Assembly (NCBI GenBank): GCA_009103225.1
Contig: RHPI01002090.1
Coordinates: forward strand, 184,625 to 248,624
Direction of reading: 5' to 3'
DNA: 64,000 nucleotides
DNA from: Chlorokybus atmophyticus
Taxonomy: Eukaryota > Plantae > Mesostigma and Chlorokybus algae
The translations under genes and the position numbers were made by a program. Shown here in pieces: positions 1 through 13,128 of this stretch (the stretch's first letter is position 1; each line of letters opens with the position of its first letter). Below the pieces are notes generated by a model, which was given only the letters and a program-made list of their open reading frames with translations, had not been told where the DNA came from and ran no database searches.

Positions 1-99
1 AAACTCCTCCTATTGAATCAACTGCACAGTCAATACTGCAACAGAAAACAGGGCAACACAAAACGTTGCAGCAGCAGATGCACACCCCAACATGCATAC

Positions 100-1324
100 C
101 AGCGTTGGAGTTTTGGGTGCATTAGGGCTGGTACCAACTCCGGCGCCCACTGCTTCCGAGTTCTCACCAACCATGCGAATGACTTGCGTGCGAATCTTGC
201 CGGGATCGGCCCCAAGGGTTTCAAGCACCCGTGCCGCAACACCCTCCCCTTCCTTCAACAATCCCAGCAGCAGGTGCTCTGTGCCAATGTAGTTGTGCCC
301 TGCGTGGCAGGATTTGATGTTACAATGCAGCCAAGCTAGTATAGTACAGCAAGATATATAACAACAGTGATTCATAGCAGAGTTGCAGATCAGCCAAAAG
401 CAACAGCAATGCATGCAGTGCGCAACTCACCAAGCTGTCGTGCCTCATCCAGGCTAAGCTCCAACACACGCTTTGCGCGTGGTGTGAAAGGAATCTCCAC
501 CGCAACAAAGCCTGAGCCTCGCCCGATGATCTTTTCAACCTCCACGCGCGCCTCCTTCAGGTTAACTCCCATCGACTTGAGCACCTGTTACAAGAATTTT
601 CATTAAGCTGCAGATGAATGGAGACAAGGGACATGCCCTGATGCAGTTGAGACAGCAATGAAGATAAAACTCAGCGCCTACTGCACCAACAACACAAGAT
701 AACACAAAAATTCAATCACTAGCAGGACACCCGGCAATGTGTGCCAAGCACGCATGCCAGAAGGCAGTGAGGCCATGCTGTCTCCACCAACACTAGCATG
801 CCAGATGTAGACATGCGCAACCGGAACACAAGCACCATTGATAGTGGGACAGCCAGTACAGCAGCAATTAATTAGGCACTGACCTTGGCGGCAATGCCGG
901 TGCCTTCGCCGATGAGCCCAAGGAGCACCTGCTCTGTGCCGACGAAATTGTGGCCAAGCCGCCTGGCCTCCTCTTGCGCGAGCATGATGACCTTGATGGC
1001 CTTCTCAGTGAACCGCTCAAACATCATCACGGTGGCCTTTCGCCGATGGGAGGTGCTGCTGCTCCTTGCCGATGATGATGTATGCAGCTGGCCGGGCTGA
1101 GTCCGCAGGCCATCTGCTGGCCTGAAGCCCTCATAAGTGGTTAGTGCAAGTGGCTTGGCAGCTGCTGCTCTGTGCCCAGCCAGTTGTGTCGGATGCTGGC
1201 AGATAGCGATGGCCTGGGCTCTCCGGGTGATGCTGCACCCGTGGGAGGAGCGAGCGCCCGGCCACGACGACAAGGACGATGTCGGGGCGGCTGTCGCAGC
1301 CGATGCCACGACGGAGGCAGCCAT
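100..1324 (-). CDS. clpC: Chloroplast Clp protease ATP-binding subunit ClpC (Hsp93), 5' part only; gene runs off the window start
   Basis: Exons 1324-884, 584-431 and 299-100 join in frame at GT-AG sites. An Ala/Ser-rich transit peptide is followed by [131 protein letters not shown], the two Clp-N repeats. Confidence 0.97.
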
Positions 1325-1984
1325 GCTGGGGAAGCCACCCACACCACCAAGCAGGCTGGCTGCACCGGCCCCGTCAACGCCGCCTCCCGTCCGCCAGGGT
1401 GACAATAACGGTAGACCAACCCTGCATACACCGCTCGGCTGTGCAATTCAGCTCAATTGCCCCACGCAACACCACCACCGCCTACACCGCCGCCTATGCC
1501 ACGGATCCCACCGCAACCCTGCACTCAGCCTGGTCCGAAGCGCACCGCAGAGGTTGCAACTTGCTTGAAGTGCTGCGAGCTCTGTAGAGGACACGCTGGC
1601 AGACAGGAGCGCTGCCGTGGGAACAACCGCCTTTTTTCCACGCGCATGCACGGACCTCTGTACGACGAAAAGACATCATGCATGGCCATTGACCCATGAC
1701 TCATGGGCGAACTTTTCCTTAAGGACCTCCTCTCCCATGAGACGGCCAAAAACGGGCCAAACCAGGGCCAAACCACTGTAGTCCAATTGCGTGATGAGGG
1801 CAGGCGACGTCAGCAGCGCTCTATTGCGCAGAAGTGTGATGATGTGGACAGCGACCGTCAGCAGCACGGGCGGTAGGTAGTTGGCGTGGCTGCCTGGTGG
1901 GTGCCATGTCACTCATGTCAGCCGTCGAGTAGCGAGATATTTTTCTTGCCCCTTCAGACTTAAAGGTGGAGATGCCACATGCCC

Positions 1985-2027
1985 CACTTCTACATAACGC
2001 CACCTGAGGTGGCCATATGTAGAAGTG
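1985..2027. other. Imperfect hairpin upstream of clpC
   Basis: CACTTCTACATA-ac-GCCACC-tga-GGTGGC-ca-TATGTAGAAGTG: a 12-bp stem plus a 6-bp stem. Confidence 0.8.
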
Positions 2028-2144
2028 CCATGAACTTGGCTACGGACTTGCTGGCAAGCAGGCTAATGTACTTGGCTACATTATGTGAATTTCAGCGTGA
2101 ATGCGATGCATAAGCCTTGCAATGAGTAGATGTGCACGCAAATT

Positions 2145-2206
2145 TTATGATTTAGTGGTTTTTAAAATAGTATATTATGATTTGGTGATTTTTTAAATAG
2201 TTTATT
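2145..2206. repeat. Two-copy 30-bp tandem repeat in an AT-rich island
   Basis: ttatgatttagtggtttttaaaatagtata followed by ttatgatttggtgattttttaaatagttta. Confidence 0.8.
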
Positions 2207-2659
2207 AAATTGCAGCATTTATATATCTCTACTTGAGTTTATGTAGATTATGCTGATGTTATAGATTCAATAGGTTTTTTATTCATAATAAGCTCTTATT
2301 TTTGAAACAAGTTTTCATACAAGAACTACTTTTAAGATAAGAGCTTTTTACATGGTTTCAAGTGTGGGCACTGGATTGGCCTAAATACTGGCTGCTGGAC
2401 ATTAATTTAAGTTGTCTTAATTATTATTGCTAACATGTTTGAAGCTGCATTCTTATAAAGTAATGTGATGCAGTGTTGTTACAATTTTGCAAACTGCATG
2501 CAGAGCACGTGAGCAATACATGGCATGTAATTTGCACAATTTAGCTCAATGCGAGTGTGCTGTTAAGTCTGTCACGGATTCATATGGTATCATCATAGGC
2601 TACAAGTTTAGCACTTAATGCCAAACTTAATGTTAAACATAAAGCATGGCACTTAATGG

Positions 2660-3570
2660 CTATGAAATGTTGCCTAGCTTCATGTCGATGTCGCACAGAC
2701 TGCTGAGCGTGTGACCAAACATGTGGCAAGAGCCTACATGCAAAAAGTGTGGCTGACAAGTTTCAACAGCAAGAGTAATTATGCATTCAAATAATCTCAC
2801 TTTCATGATAGTGAGATCCGCATCAAGCTCTTCATGACCACTGCCCAAATGCTGCGTAAAGTTCACGATCTGGCCACTCTCATTATTGACAACGTGCAGA
2901 GATGCCGACAAACAGCTATAGCACCAGACCCGGTTATTGGTGTTTGAGTTGCATCATGTTAAGAGGTTTCAAACATACTTGTATGTGCATACGTTATGCC
3001 ATACAAGTATTTGACTTGACAACACCAGTCGTTTGGTGGGTTCTCTCAGTGTGCTATATTCGTTGATGTTTTGTACTTGATTATTATTTGGTAAGCAATA
3101 ATGATCGAGATCAGCTCGGAAGCAAGCTGCACAACAGAAAGCTTTGTTGTTTGTTGGTTGGAGGTGAAGTGTTTTTGCGATAGATGAGACCACAACTATT
3201 GGGAAGGCCTTTCCTCTGGCAACAATATCAACGCAGTACCACACGCACATAGACAACATCCAGCTGCTGAGGAAAAGGATGGCAGAGCACATCCCCGACA
3301 ACTTAACTTCCTTGATGATACACTTCCGCTTGCAATGAGGAAGACATGGAGCGCCGTGACGCAATGATCGCCGAGGTTTTGGGCGAACATACCCCTCTGC
3401 ATAGCGAGTGCAGGCTACCATGGCACATAGCATAGGGGCAACAACTGTGCCGAGCTGGGCGCCGGTTACCCAAGGCCCTTCTACCATGGACATAGCAATT
3501 GCGTAGACGGCGGCATGGGAGCCATGCGTGTGCATTGCTGGTGTGGTTATGGCTGCGGTGTGGAGCATGT
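2660..3570 (-). CDS. Possible multi-exon hypothetical gene; boundaries uncertain
   Basis: Protein-like segments (HGSHAAVYAIAMSMVEGPWVTGAQLGTVVAPMLCAMVACTRYAEG; IVNFTQHLGSGHEELDADLTIMK; PHFLHVGSCHMFGHTLSSLCDIDMKLGNIS*) are bordered by gtatgt/gtgaga donors and a cag acceptor. No family recognised. Confidence 0.3.
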
Positions 3571-4072
3571 GGTATGCAGCAACTGATGCCGTGTGACACC
3601 GTTGTAGGCATTTTGTAGTTGTTTTATGGTAGTGCATACATGCATGCGCTTGCGCTAGATGTGGCCAAATGCATTACACGCGTCAGGAGAGAGCAGGAGA
3701 GGGAGAGGGAGAGAAAGGGCATTGTTGTTTGAGTATGCGAGACGTAGTGCACGCCCTGGTCACAAGGGCAGCATTGCACATGTGTTCTAGTCACGACTGA
3801 GGGCGTATGGGGCGTATGGGGCGTCTTGCTTTGCGTGTTCACCCGCGTACGCTCGCCAACATGCAGTTGGTACCAGCAACTTCTGCTACATTCCTCTGCG
3901 CTCAAGCTTAAACAGACAGTTGCGCCATCAGCATGCTTGCTGCTCAGCATGCCATCAGTAGTCTTGTCTTGTTCAATGGCCATCACATGCACGCATGCAA
4001 GCCGTGGCCCGAGCGCTCACACGTACAACACCGCAGTGCCATCATCAACCGGTAGCAGCAGGCGTGGCTTTA

Positions 4073-5629
4073 TCAGACTCCGACGCTTCATACTGCTGCC
4101 GCAAGTACTGTCTCATGATGTCGTCCAGACTGCTGCAGCCGTCTTGACTCAACTCTATCGCCTGATGAAGAAGATACATACACACGTTCCAACCTGGAAC
4201 ACATGCTTGAGAGAAAGCGTATACGCACCTCAGATGCTGAGTCTTCGGGCCAGTTGCCAGTGAGAACCAGCTGAGTCACTTGCTTGGTGACGGGCATCAT
4301 CGCGAGGAGCAAGCCGCCGTCCTCGCAGCGCTGTTCTACGGCAGTGGGGTCCAACAGCAGCTGCCCGTTGACGCAGCTCTGTGCATACACACAGGCAGTC
4401 AGCTACAAACAACAAACGCTGGATACGTACAACATGAGTATTGGTACAACAATGCCAACATACCACACAGCAGGCGGCCACGAGGTCATGCAAGGCTATG
4501 CCCGCATGCGCGAGTGCCATCGATGCGCATGTGACGGCAACTGCTGCGTCCGCTGTACAACAGGTGTCAGCACTGGTGCCTCCACAATATGCTGCAAAAT
4601 CTACTTCAACTACTTACCTCCTCCTGACTCCAGGATCAACACGTACACATCCACGACCGACTTGGGAAACGTGTGCAGCGCGACACTGGGTTCTAGCGCG
4701 GTGAGAAGAAGGGAAGACAGGTCTCGCTCTTCCGGGCCCTAGTGTTGGACCGCAGATGTGCATGCTGCAATGCATGATGTATAGAACAACAAGCAAAATA
4801 AAGTACCTGGCCAAACTTGCCCCGTGTTGTGGATGCAAAGGACGTCACCTTCACGTCGCAGTGCAGCCTCCCGATCGTGCTGAACCCTGCAGCCTTGGTG
4901 CTCTCGCGTGGGCCGTACCTGCATGCATGCAGTCAATGAAGCGAGTGCACACGACTGTTTCAGCACGCATCGAAAGGCGAGTGACGCAGCATGCAAGTAC
5001 AGTGTTCTGTTGCTCCATAGTGTGGCATATGCAGGCAGGTGCGGTTGTGACTCATACTGTGCGAGCAGCAGTAACATGATACTATGTAGTGACAGCGTAG
5101 CAGATTGTCCACTGCCTACTCACACGGCTGCGATGAGCTTTGTGTTGCCGAACTCCGCGTACGCCGATCCTGCTGCCCGGCTGACAACGCCGGTCCGCAA
5201 GACTGTGACCAACAAATGCACAGAGGCAAGGTCAAGTTGAGGACCATGCACACCACAATGCACCAGTCCCATGCATACGTTCCATACTAGCGATGAGGTG
5301 GTACATGCATACAGGTACACCGAGTATTGGAATAGTTGGATAGCGCATGCCAATCTATGGATGCGCGTTGATATATGCATTCCACTTTCTTCAACAGAAA
5401 ATTAGGCATCAAATATATGAAGACCGGGAACGAGTAGAGCCAAACTGCCAATCCACACCACAAGCAAACAAGTCTGGCGCTTACATGGCGGTCGGCACTC
5501 CTCTGCGGCGCGTCCGTCCCCACGCAGCCCGGCCTGGTCCACGAGGTCCTTGGCAGAGAAACGAGTTCTATCCACGGATCCAGCTCCCGCACCGGGCACA
5601 GGCACCGACTCCTCGCCGCGCCTGGCCAT
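4073..5629 (-). CDS. EXOSC6: Exosome complex component MTR3/RRP41-like (RNase PH fold)
   Basis: Spliced peptide: MARRGEE...LRGDGRAAEECRP / LRTGVVSRAAGSAYAEFGNTKLIAAV / GPRESTKAAGFSTIGRLHCDVKVTSFA / GPEERDLSSLLLTALEPSVALHTFPKSVVDVYVLILESGG / DAAVAVTCASMALAHAGIALHDLVAACCV / LLLDPTAVEQRCEDGGLLLAMMPVTKQVTQLVLTGNW / AIELSQDGCSSLDDIMRQYL...TGA. Follows plant RRP41L/MTR3 throughout. Confidence 0.92.
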
Positions 5630-5894
5630 CCCCGACGCCTCCCCCAATGCCGCCGCCGCTGCGCCGCAGTGGAGAACAATGCCAATAGCGTGTATGCCAA
5701 TAGCCAAATCTATGCCACTCGGATCCCGATCAACGGGGGTGTGTTCAACCACATCGATCGATTGGGTTTCTTGCGCTGGTCACGTGAGGCAACCTCACTG
5801 AGGCTGAATTTGGTGTTTCTGTAAGTTAGTAGTGCACTGATTACTGGAATTCCCTCCTGGGACATCCACGTGGCACTCTGGCAGGGGGCTTGGG

Positions 5895-5967
5895 GAGGCT
5901 TAGGTTTTGAGAGTTAAAGCCTAGGAATTGGCTTAGCGTAAGGCTTAGGCGGAGATTTAGGGTTTGT
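5895..5967. promoter_or_regulatory. Telo-box (TTTAGGGTTT) ending a degenerate 6-nt-periodic TTAGG-like tract in the divergent EXOSC6 / CH-protein promoter
   Basis: ggcttaggttttgagagttaaagcctaggaattggcttagcgtaaggcttaggcggagatttagggtttg. Confidence 0.55.
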
Positions 5968-6193
5968 TCTGTGGCTCCCCCCGCAGCAGCTGTAGATGTG
6001 AGTGCAAGCGAGCACAATACTAGCATTGCTTGCCTCAGTGACAACACCACAGAGAAAGAGCGAGATCGGTAGCTGACTGTTTACCATTGTAGTAAGAAGC
6101 AAAATCTCAGCTGTGTACATGTCACCTGCGAGGGAGCTGATAGGACAGTAACATGAACTTGCCTGGGGAGGCAGTGGGAGACTTGAAGAGGAG

Positions 6194-9100
6194 ATGATGA
6201 AGGGTCCTCTGGGAAGCAGCAACGGCAGGCTAAGTGGCAGACGGCTGCCGGATGAGAACTACGACGACAACGGGCTATACTTTGCACGCACCAGGTGGGA
6301 TGGCTTATGCCCGCGCGCCTGCGCCTGCGTGTGCGTGTGTGTGTATGTAATGCGCTACGCCAGGCTCAGTGTTACACATACTTGTAAATGTTGTGGCGTT
6401 ACATTTCTGGACCAATTGTAGAACTGACTGAACTGATCGCCAAATAGGTGAATCCAGTCGTGACTTGACAAACATCACCATCATTGTGTTGCCAACTTTG
6501 CATGTCACCTCCAGTAGCAAGCAGTGTTGTACCGCAAGTTGAGGGCTGGGCTCCGTCTATACCACAAAGTAAACACCTAGGGTTGTTGGCAACGTGCTAT
6601 ATTCTTGAGCATGGCCCATTGGAAAGGCCCCGATCGCGCGCAATGCTAGTAACACTCTTCGTTGTGCAAGCAGTCTCCTATCCTTGTGCATGTACCACCT
6701 CCATTGCACAAACAGTGTTCTTATGCACAGATCACCCGGCACGAAGCGCCCCCCGCCTTTGTACACCAGCGAGGACGACAGCGAGCTCTCCAGCCACAGG
6801 TAAGCAAGCTACACACCATCCACCCACCACCACCACCACCACCGCCATCCAACATTGTATCCAAGTCACCTCCCCGCGCAGTCTCCCAACTCCGACCGGC
6901 GTCACGCCCTCCTCCTCTTCGTCCCGTTCTCGCCGCGGCCTCTCTAACATCTCCCCCCCGCCGCTTCGCTTCAATCGGCCCCACACGCGTCTCGGCGCCG
7001 CCGACAGCCGCGTCGGATACTACCACGACCCTACGACAGAGTGCGTGCACATTGGGATGTGGATACATCAGGTGGTTGAGGATTTGTCTGATGTGTGTAT
7101 GTGTAGTGAGGGAGAAGGAGGAGGAGGAGGGGATGCAGGGGGAGGGAGAGGGGAGGGGAGGCATCTCACGCGCGCGCGAAGGCGCAACTTCCACACCATG
7201 CAGCTACCTGTCCTTCTCCCACAGGTAGTGATTGCCATCAACACAGCAACACTATTGCACAAGGACAGTATTGCAGAGCGAACCTCAACTTGGGTCCTGG
7301 ACCCAAAGTCAATTGGACTACGGCCTATGTGTGATTGTGCTGGTTGTGTCGAGTGATGTGTAGCATTCATCCCTCCCAAGGCGGAGGTTGTGTCGGAGGG
7401 CAAGGTGTCGACCCTGACCCCCCGCGACTACTCTTCCCTCTTTGCCGGTTGGTTCGGTTCCCTCGACGCGGAGCGCGCCCAGTTCAAGTCCGTCGCCCTC
7501 TTCTGCCACATGCGGCTTGCCGAGGCGGAGAAGTGCCACGCCGCCACGCAGCTGCCCGCGCCGAACCTGTTCCTGACGGCCGCGTGCTGCGAGGTGTTCG
7601 ACAGGTACGTGGGCGTGTATGGTGCATGCGCTCATGCGTGTGCATGTGGCTGTTGGGTGTGTCCGGCACACCGCATGCGCGCGCGCGTGTCTGTACGTGT
7701 GCGTGCATATATGCGTGCTGTGGCATGCGTGCTTGTATGAGTTTGTCAAGCATGCGCGTGGTAATATCAGCACACATGCGCGGCATTGACACGAGCACCT
7801 AGCTTATTAACATCATCCTTTGTCAGGATGTGCACTTGTCTTCCAAACTCCAAGCTCCTTCTCCAGCTCCGCGCTCACCTATACGAGTCGATATTCGTCC
7901 AAGCTGGTAAGGCCTACAGCTCAAGCAGCAAGCCGGATCATTCTTCATACTCACATCAAGAAGAACATGAAGAAGAAGACTCCAACAACAGCGCGTACAT
8001 CCGTCGAACCCCGTACTATATGCTGGCGAGGCGGCTGGAGGCCGAGAAGGCGTCGGCGGCAGAAACTATTGCGGCGTTGAAGCTAGATAAGGCTACAAGT
8101 GACGGGAAGAGACGCGCCGCGCTGATATCAACCATACAGAAGTGGCTCAAGTCGTGCATGGCCTCGGCATTCCGCGCATGGCAAGCATCAATGCACGACT
8201 AATAATGCCCACACACTATCCCTACGTCCACCCACCGACTTACACACACACACATGCGTACGCACACGCGCATGCACAACATTAAACACGCTCTCATTAC
8301 ACCAGGCACTATGCGACGGTGTTTACCAAACACATGCGCACAAAGGCGCTGCGCCTGCTGGCTGTGAAACGGACAGGTGAGGGGCTATTTGTGCAGTTAC
8401 AACATGGCCACCATTGTGTGTGTTGTCGTCTACTTGACGGTAAGCGCTGTGTGACACACTTGACCACATCAGAGTTGACGATGAGGGCGATGTTCCGGAG
8501 CTGGAAGGGGTTCGGGCAGAGACAAAGGGACGAGCGGCGAGACAAGGAGCGCATCGATCTCATGCATCAGACTGTCCTGAAAGACGCAGAGATACAAGTC
8601 AGTCCAGAAAGCATGCATGGCAAACAACAGTCACATAACAGATCTGGCAGTTTCATTGACATTTCTCCATTGCAATTTCTTTCAGGGTCTGGAGGATACC
8701 ATACGCAACCTCCATGCCGACCACGCCGAGCAGGACAAGCGCAGCGACACCCTCGAGGCCGAGCTCAGACGCTGCCAGAAAGGGGTGCGTGTGTTTGTCA
8801 TCCACCACCTGCATCAGTCTACTACCTTCTTTGCTAATACACCACTCAACTGTCCTCCCCTATATACTGCACAGATGCAAAAGCTGGACCACCTCGAGCA
8901 GCAAGTGCAACGCCTCACAGATGACTTAAGAGGTGAGAGCAGTAGAGACTTTGAGAGACACTTGAACAAAAACACAGCTCTGACCCAACCCAACGCACTC
9001 TCTAGATGCGCGTACCCAAGTCCGTGTATGGGAATCCGTCTCTTCCCACTGGCGCGCCCACTCCGATCGCTTGATGTCTCACCTGACCGAGTCCGCCTCC

Positions 9101-12100
9101 GTCCGTCTTAACGAGTTCAACTCCTCCAACGACAACGCCTCGCGCAAGGTGTCGATTGACTCGGACTCCGCCGCGCCAAGCAGGCCAGTCTCGCCGTGGA
9201 ACCAGTCGCTGGGTGGGAGTGGGAGTGTGGGGGGTGGTGTGGGAGGTGGAGGACTGCAGCCGGGACCCGCGTGGAGCTCGGTGAGGAGGTGGGGAGCGGA
9301 ACTGAGAGTGAGGGATGTGAGGTGGCTGCTGGAGGAAGGGGAGAACACGGATGCCCTCCTCAACATGCCTGTTGACAAGGTAGACAACACATACGAATGG
9401 ATACACACCAACGCGTGTCTGTGTGCACACGTATGTAAGTGCACGTGCACGTGCACACATTTGTGTCTTTGAGCCTGTGTGTGCGCACACATACACACCC
9501 ACCGCATGTGCACGCATATGTGTGTATATGCACATGGTCAATCGTCCATTCTGTTGGGCAGCTTTAAAGCTAAGCCCTTGCTCATAATGGCTCTAACTAT
9601 GATTGTAACCATTGCAATACCCTCTGCAGGTGTTGTTGAGGTGGGTGAACCTGCACATGGTTCGTCAGGCTCGCACCTCCAAGCGTGCCGCTCGTCCCGT
9701 TCGCAACCTCGCTACCGACCTGGTGGACGGCGAGGTATTGGGTACTCTCCTTCTCTCCGGTGGCGCGCCAGGCGCACCCGCATTAGACACACTCCTTCAG
9801 GAGCGCGACATGGGACGGCGGGCCCGCATGGTGATGGAGGCCGCGGGGGCCGTAGGGTGCAGCGCGGACGCACTCGGGGCGGATAACCTGCTTCTTGGAA
9901 CGGAGCTGAACTATGTGCTTGCGAGGAGTCTGTTCAGGTGGTGCCCAGCCATGCCGCTGATGGATGCAATCCCGGCAGTGGCATCGGCCGATGGGAAGAG
10001 CAGGATACAGCAGGGACAGATGGAGCTGCAGGCCACAGTTGCAGACCTCAATAAGGTGTTCTGCAAGATGCATGTTGTTTGCCACTTCTTTTCTGAACTC
10101 CGCGCTGGAATCCACCGCAACATGTTACACAGTACTCAGCAGCACCACACGCACAAACACATCCAAATATGCAGGTGTCGACGGAGTCCCGCTACGTCTC
10201 CCTCGACTGCGTGCTGTTCCAAGGTATGCTGCAAGGTTTGGAGTCTTTGACGGCCGCGTTGGGCGGCGTCCCCACTTCAGGTCCCTCTGCCGGCAGTGAC
10301 ACCACTACCTCCTCTTCCATGTCCAACCCGTCATCACCCGTGCCGTCAACAACCACCCACTCCGCTGCCACCGTGGCCGAGGACCTGCGCTCAGCGGTGT
10401 CGAGGCTGCTGCACGCCGCCAATCATCTCAACAGCTTTGCTGCCAGGTGCGTGGTTGCGTTGATGAGGGGTGTCATTGGTGTAGGTGTAAGGGCGAGGCG
10501 TGACTGGTTTATTGCAGGACTGTGCGGACAGAAGTGCAGAAGCAGTCTGTGGACGTGTTTGCGCACTCGGTGCAGACAATCAGAGGGGTCACAGCGCAGA
10601 TAACAGGCGCAATAGGCAAGTTCACAACTGTTCACATATGTGCACGTTGCGTCGGTACATAGCTGCTGACGAAATCACCCTCACAGGCACGACGCTCATC
10701 AAGCGTGATGAGATAGAAGCCGCCGCCCACGAGCTGCACGGCGCAGAGGAGGCCGTCATGAACGCCGCGCGTGCGTGGGACAACGAGGCCAACCCCACTT
10801 CCTCTAACTCCGACACCGAGTCTGAGACAGACACACAGCCACCTGCTGGCGAGTCAATCCCAACTACAGCCGCTACCTCTGGCTCTGAGCCGGGTCCAAA
10901 TCCCTCACCTGCTCAGGACCTTCAGCTCGCTTCGAGTCCTGCAACAGGGTCTCAACGACCATATTCACCGGCAGCAGTGGTCATTTCATCAGCAAGTGAA
11001 GATGCATCAGACTGGGCACTTGCATGTCCGGATATGCTCACTCCCGTGGGGCTCGTGGTGGACCGCCTGCGGACACAGAACGCTCTCCTGCGCTACGTGC
11101 TCAAGCAGCTTGCTGCGTCCATATCAGCCACTCTGGCAGGTGAGGATGAAGTGACAGAGGTGTAATGTGTACCTTGTTTGTGCGACATGCGTGGTGACGA
11201 CATTGGTCCTGCGCAGGTGGAGACGGCTTTGATTCGGAGAGGGATCGCAAGAAGGACAAAGACAAGGACAAGGACAAGGACAAGGAGCTGCAGGGGGCGG
11301 CCGCGGTGGTCAACAGCGACCTGCAGCTCTGTCGGGACACAATCCGCAGCGCGCATTTTGCGCTAAGGCCGCTCTCTCGCACGCTAGCGCACGCCGGTGT
11401 CGACGCAAGGGAGCTCTCTGGCAAGCTGGAACAGGCGCAAATGGAGCTCGCGGATGTCCCCGCCGACAGACTCCCCGCAAAGGCTTTAACCACTCCAGGC
11501 AAAAAGGACAGCAAACGGTGAGACATGACAATGGCTAGGGCAAGGCAACACTTCTCAAGACACTGTGCTGATTGGTATCACTGTTATGCGCAGTTTGCGT
11601 GAGGCCAAGGAGCAGCAGCAGAAAGCTGCCTATAGGAGTGCTACCCAGGCCATTTCTGCTGCACTCGACACCCTTAAGGTGGACTTGTTACTGGACATAG
11701 CAAATGCACCACACTTTGGTTGTAAACTGTTTCCTTTATTGCAATTGCATGTAGCTGACGTCCAACTCCGCAGGCTATCGTGGAGCCCGCGACGCTCAAT
11801 GAGCAGCTCAATGACCTCACACTCAAGTGCCGAGAATTGCACTCTCGCCTTGACACCGTGGTTGCCAGCCGCAAGGTACAACTTACCTTTATCAACCATG
11901 CTGCAGCACCCAGCATCACGGTTTATTGCCTTCAGCGTCGGCGTCCAAATCTTCTTCATTGCCACTATCATCCTTCAACTCCTCTCTATGTATCTTTCAG
12001 GAGGCAATCATGACGTATGGTGCGATCGAGGCACTTGTGACGGAGCGCGCACTGGGGCTGATGGGCGGGCGAGTGCAGTTCGATCCCGCGGAGTTTGAGC

Positions 12101-12831
12101 GCCGCACGCGGGACCTCTTCACCAACACCGACGCCAACCGGCTCAAGGACATCCTCAAGGACAGCGGCAAGGCCGAGCAGCAGAAGATTGAAGACTGCTT
12201 GCGTGCGGGGATGGTAGGAGTGGTCACATAAACCCTTTTATGACTTCAAACGAACTTGTGCTTGCTCGTTTACTTACACACGAGTGTCTTGTCAGGATGA
12301 TCTGGCAAACCTCTACGCGGTGTACAGCCACGTGGAGCCCGGCAACGAGCAGATGGTCCTCTCGGGTGTGCTGCGCATGGTGAAGGATGTGGAGCTGCTT
12401 TCCAACCGCATCACCTTCGGCAGTTTGGAGGCTATGTTTGACAAGATTACTGGCGGTGATGGCGAGACTAAAACCACCCCTGAGGCAAGCAGACCTGCAT
12501 GCTCAAGTCAAGCACAACACCCTGTATTGCACAGACAGTCCTTGCCTCAAGTGTGATGAATAATGCATGTTGCACGCAGGGTGAGAGAGTGCAGAACCAG
12601 ATGACAGAGAAGGACTTTGTTGAGATGATTATACGGCTGGCGTGCGTGAAGTACGCGGATGCGTTCCCGACTGTCAGCGAGCGGGTGCAGAAGTTCATGG
12701 AGGACGTCATTGCGCGAGGCGCATTCATTGTCAAGCGCAGGTCTGAAGTCCCCGAGCAGCAGGCTGTGCTCGCGACCAACGCAAGCACGCCTGGAAGGTC
12801 CATGCCTCGCAAATCAACCAACCGTGAGTAA
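6194..12831 (+). CDS. Large uncharacterised multi-exon protein: coiled coils, calponin-homology domain, C-terminal EF-hand-like helical domain
   Basis: GC-rich exons between (GT)/(CA)-rich introns. CH-like exon at ~9630-10056: VLLRWVNLHMVRQ...PVRNLATDLVDGEVLGTLL...RARMVMEAA. Coiled-coil exons (LEDTIRNLHADHAEQDKRSDTLEAELRRCQK; ATLNEQLNDLTLKCRELHSRLD). C-terminal DDLANLYAVYS...MTEKDFVEMIIRLACVKY. Start and stop are approximate. Confidence 0.75.
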
Positions 12832-13128
12832 GCAGTTTAAAGCGGTACCGCATAGCCAAGCTATTGATTGCATGGGCCATGAGCAACGAGAACGTTATAA
12901 CCAATGAAAACGACTCCAACACCTGCCTAACGAAACAAGCAACCGCAACAATTCTGTTGCAAGTATATGTCACAGATAGAGCTAGGAACAACGCAGAACT
13001 ACACATAGCTACTACGCCTACATATGCACAAAGACACTTGTCAATAAAGAGGAAGCAAAACAAGAACAAAACGTCACCCCTTGCTATCAAGGGTTAGGCC
13101 ATTGGGGTTGATGCGTGCAAAAGGATTG

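Noticed and set aside
5780-6060. Telomerase RNA, with AAACCCTAAA on the minus strand as template
   Set aside because: No TATA/USE arrangement or poly-T terminator is visible, and the site lies in a short bidirectional promoter where a telo-box is the simpler explanation.
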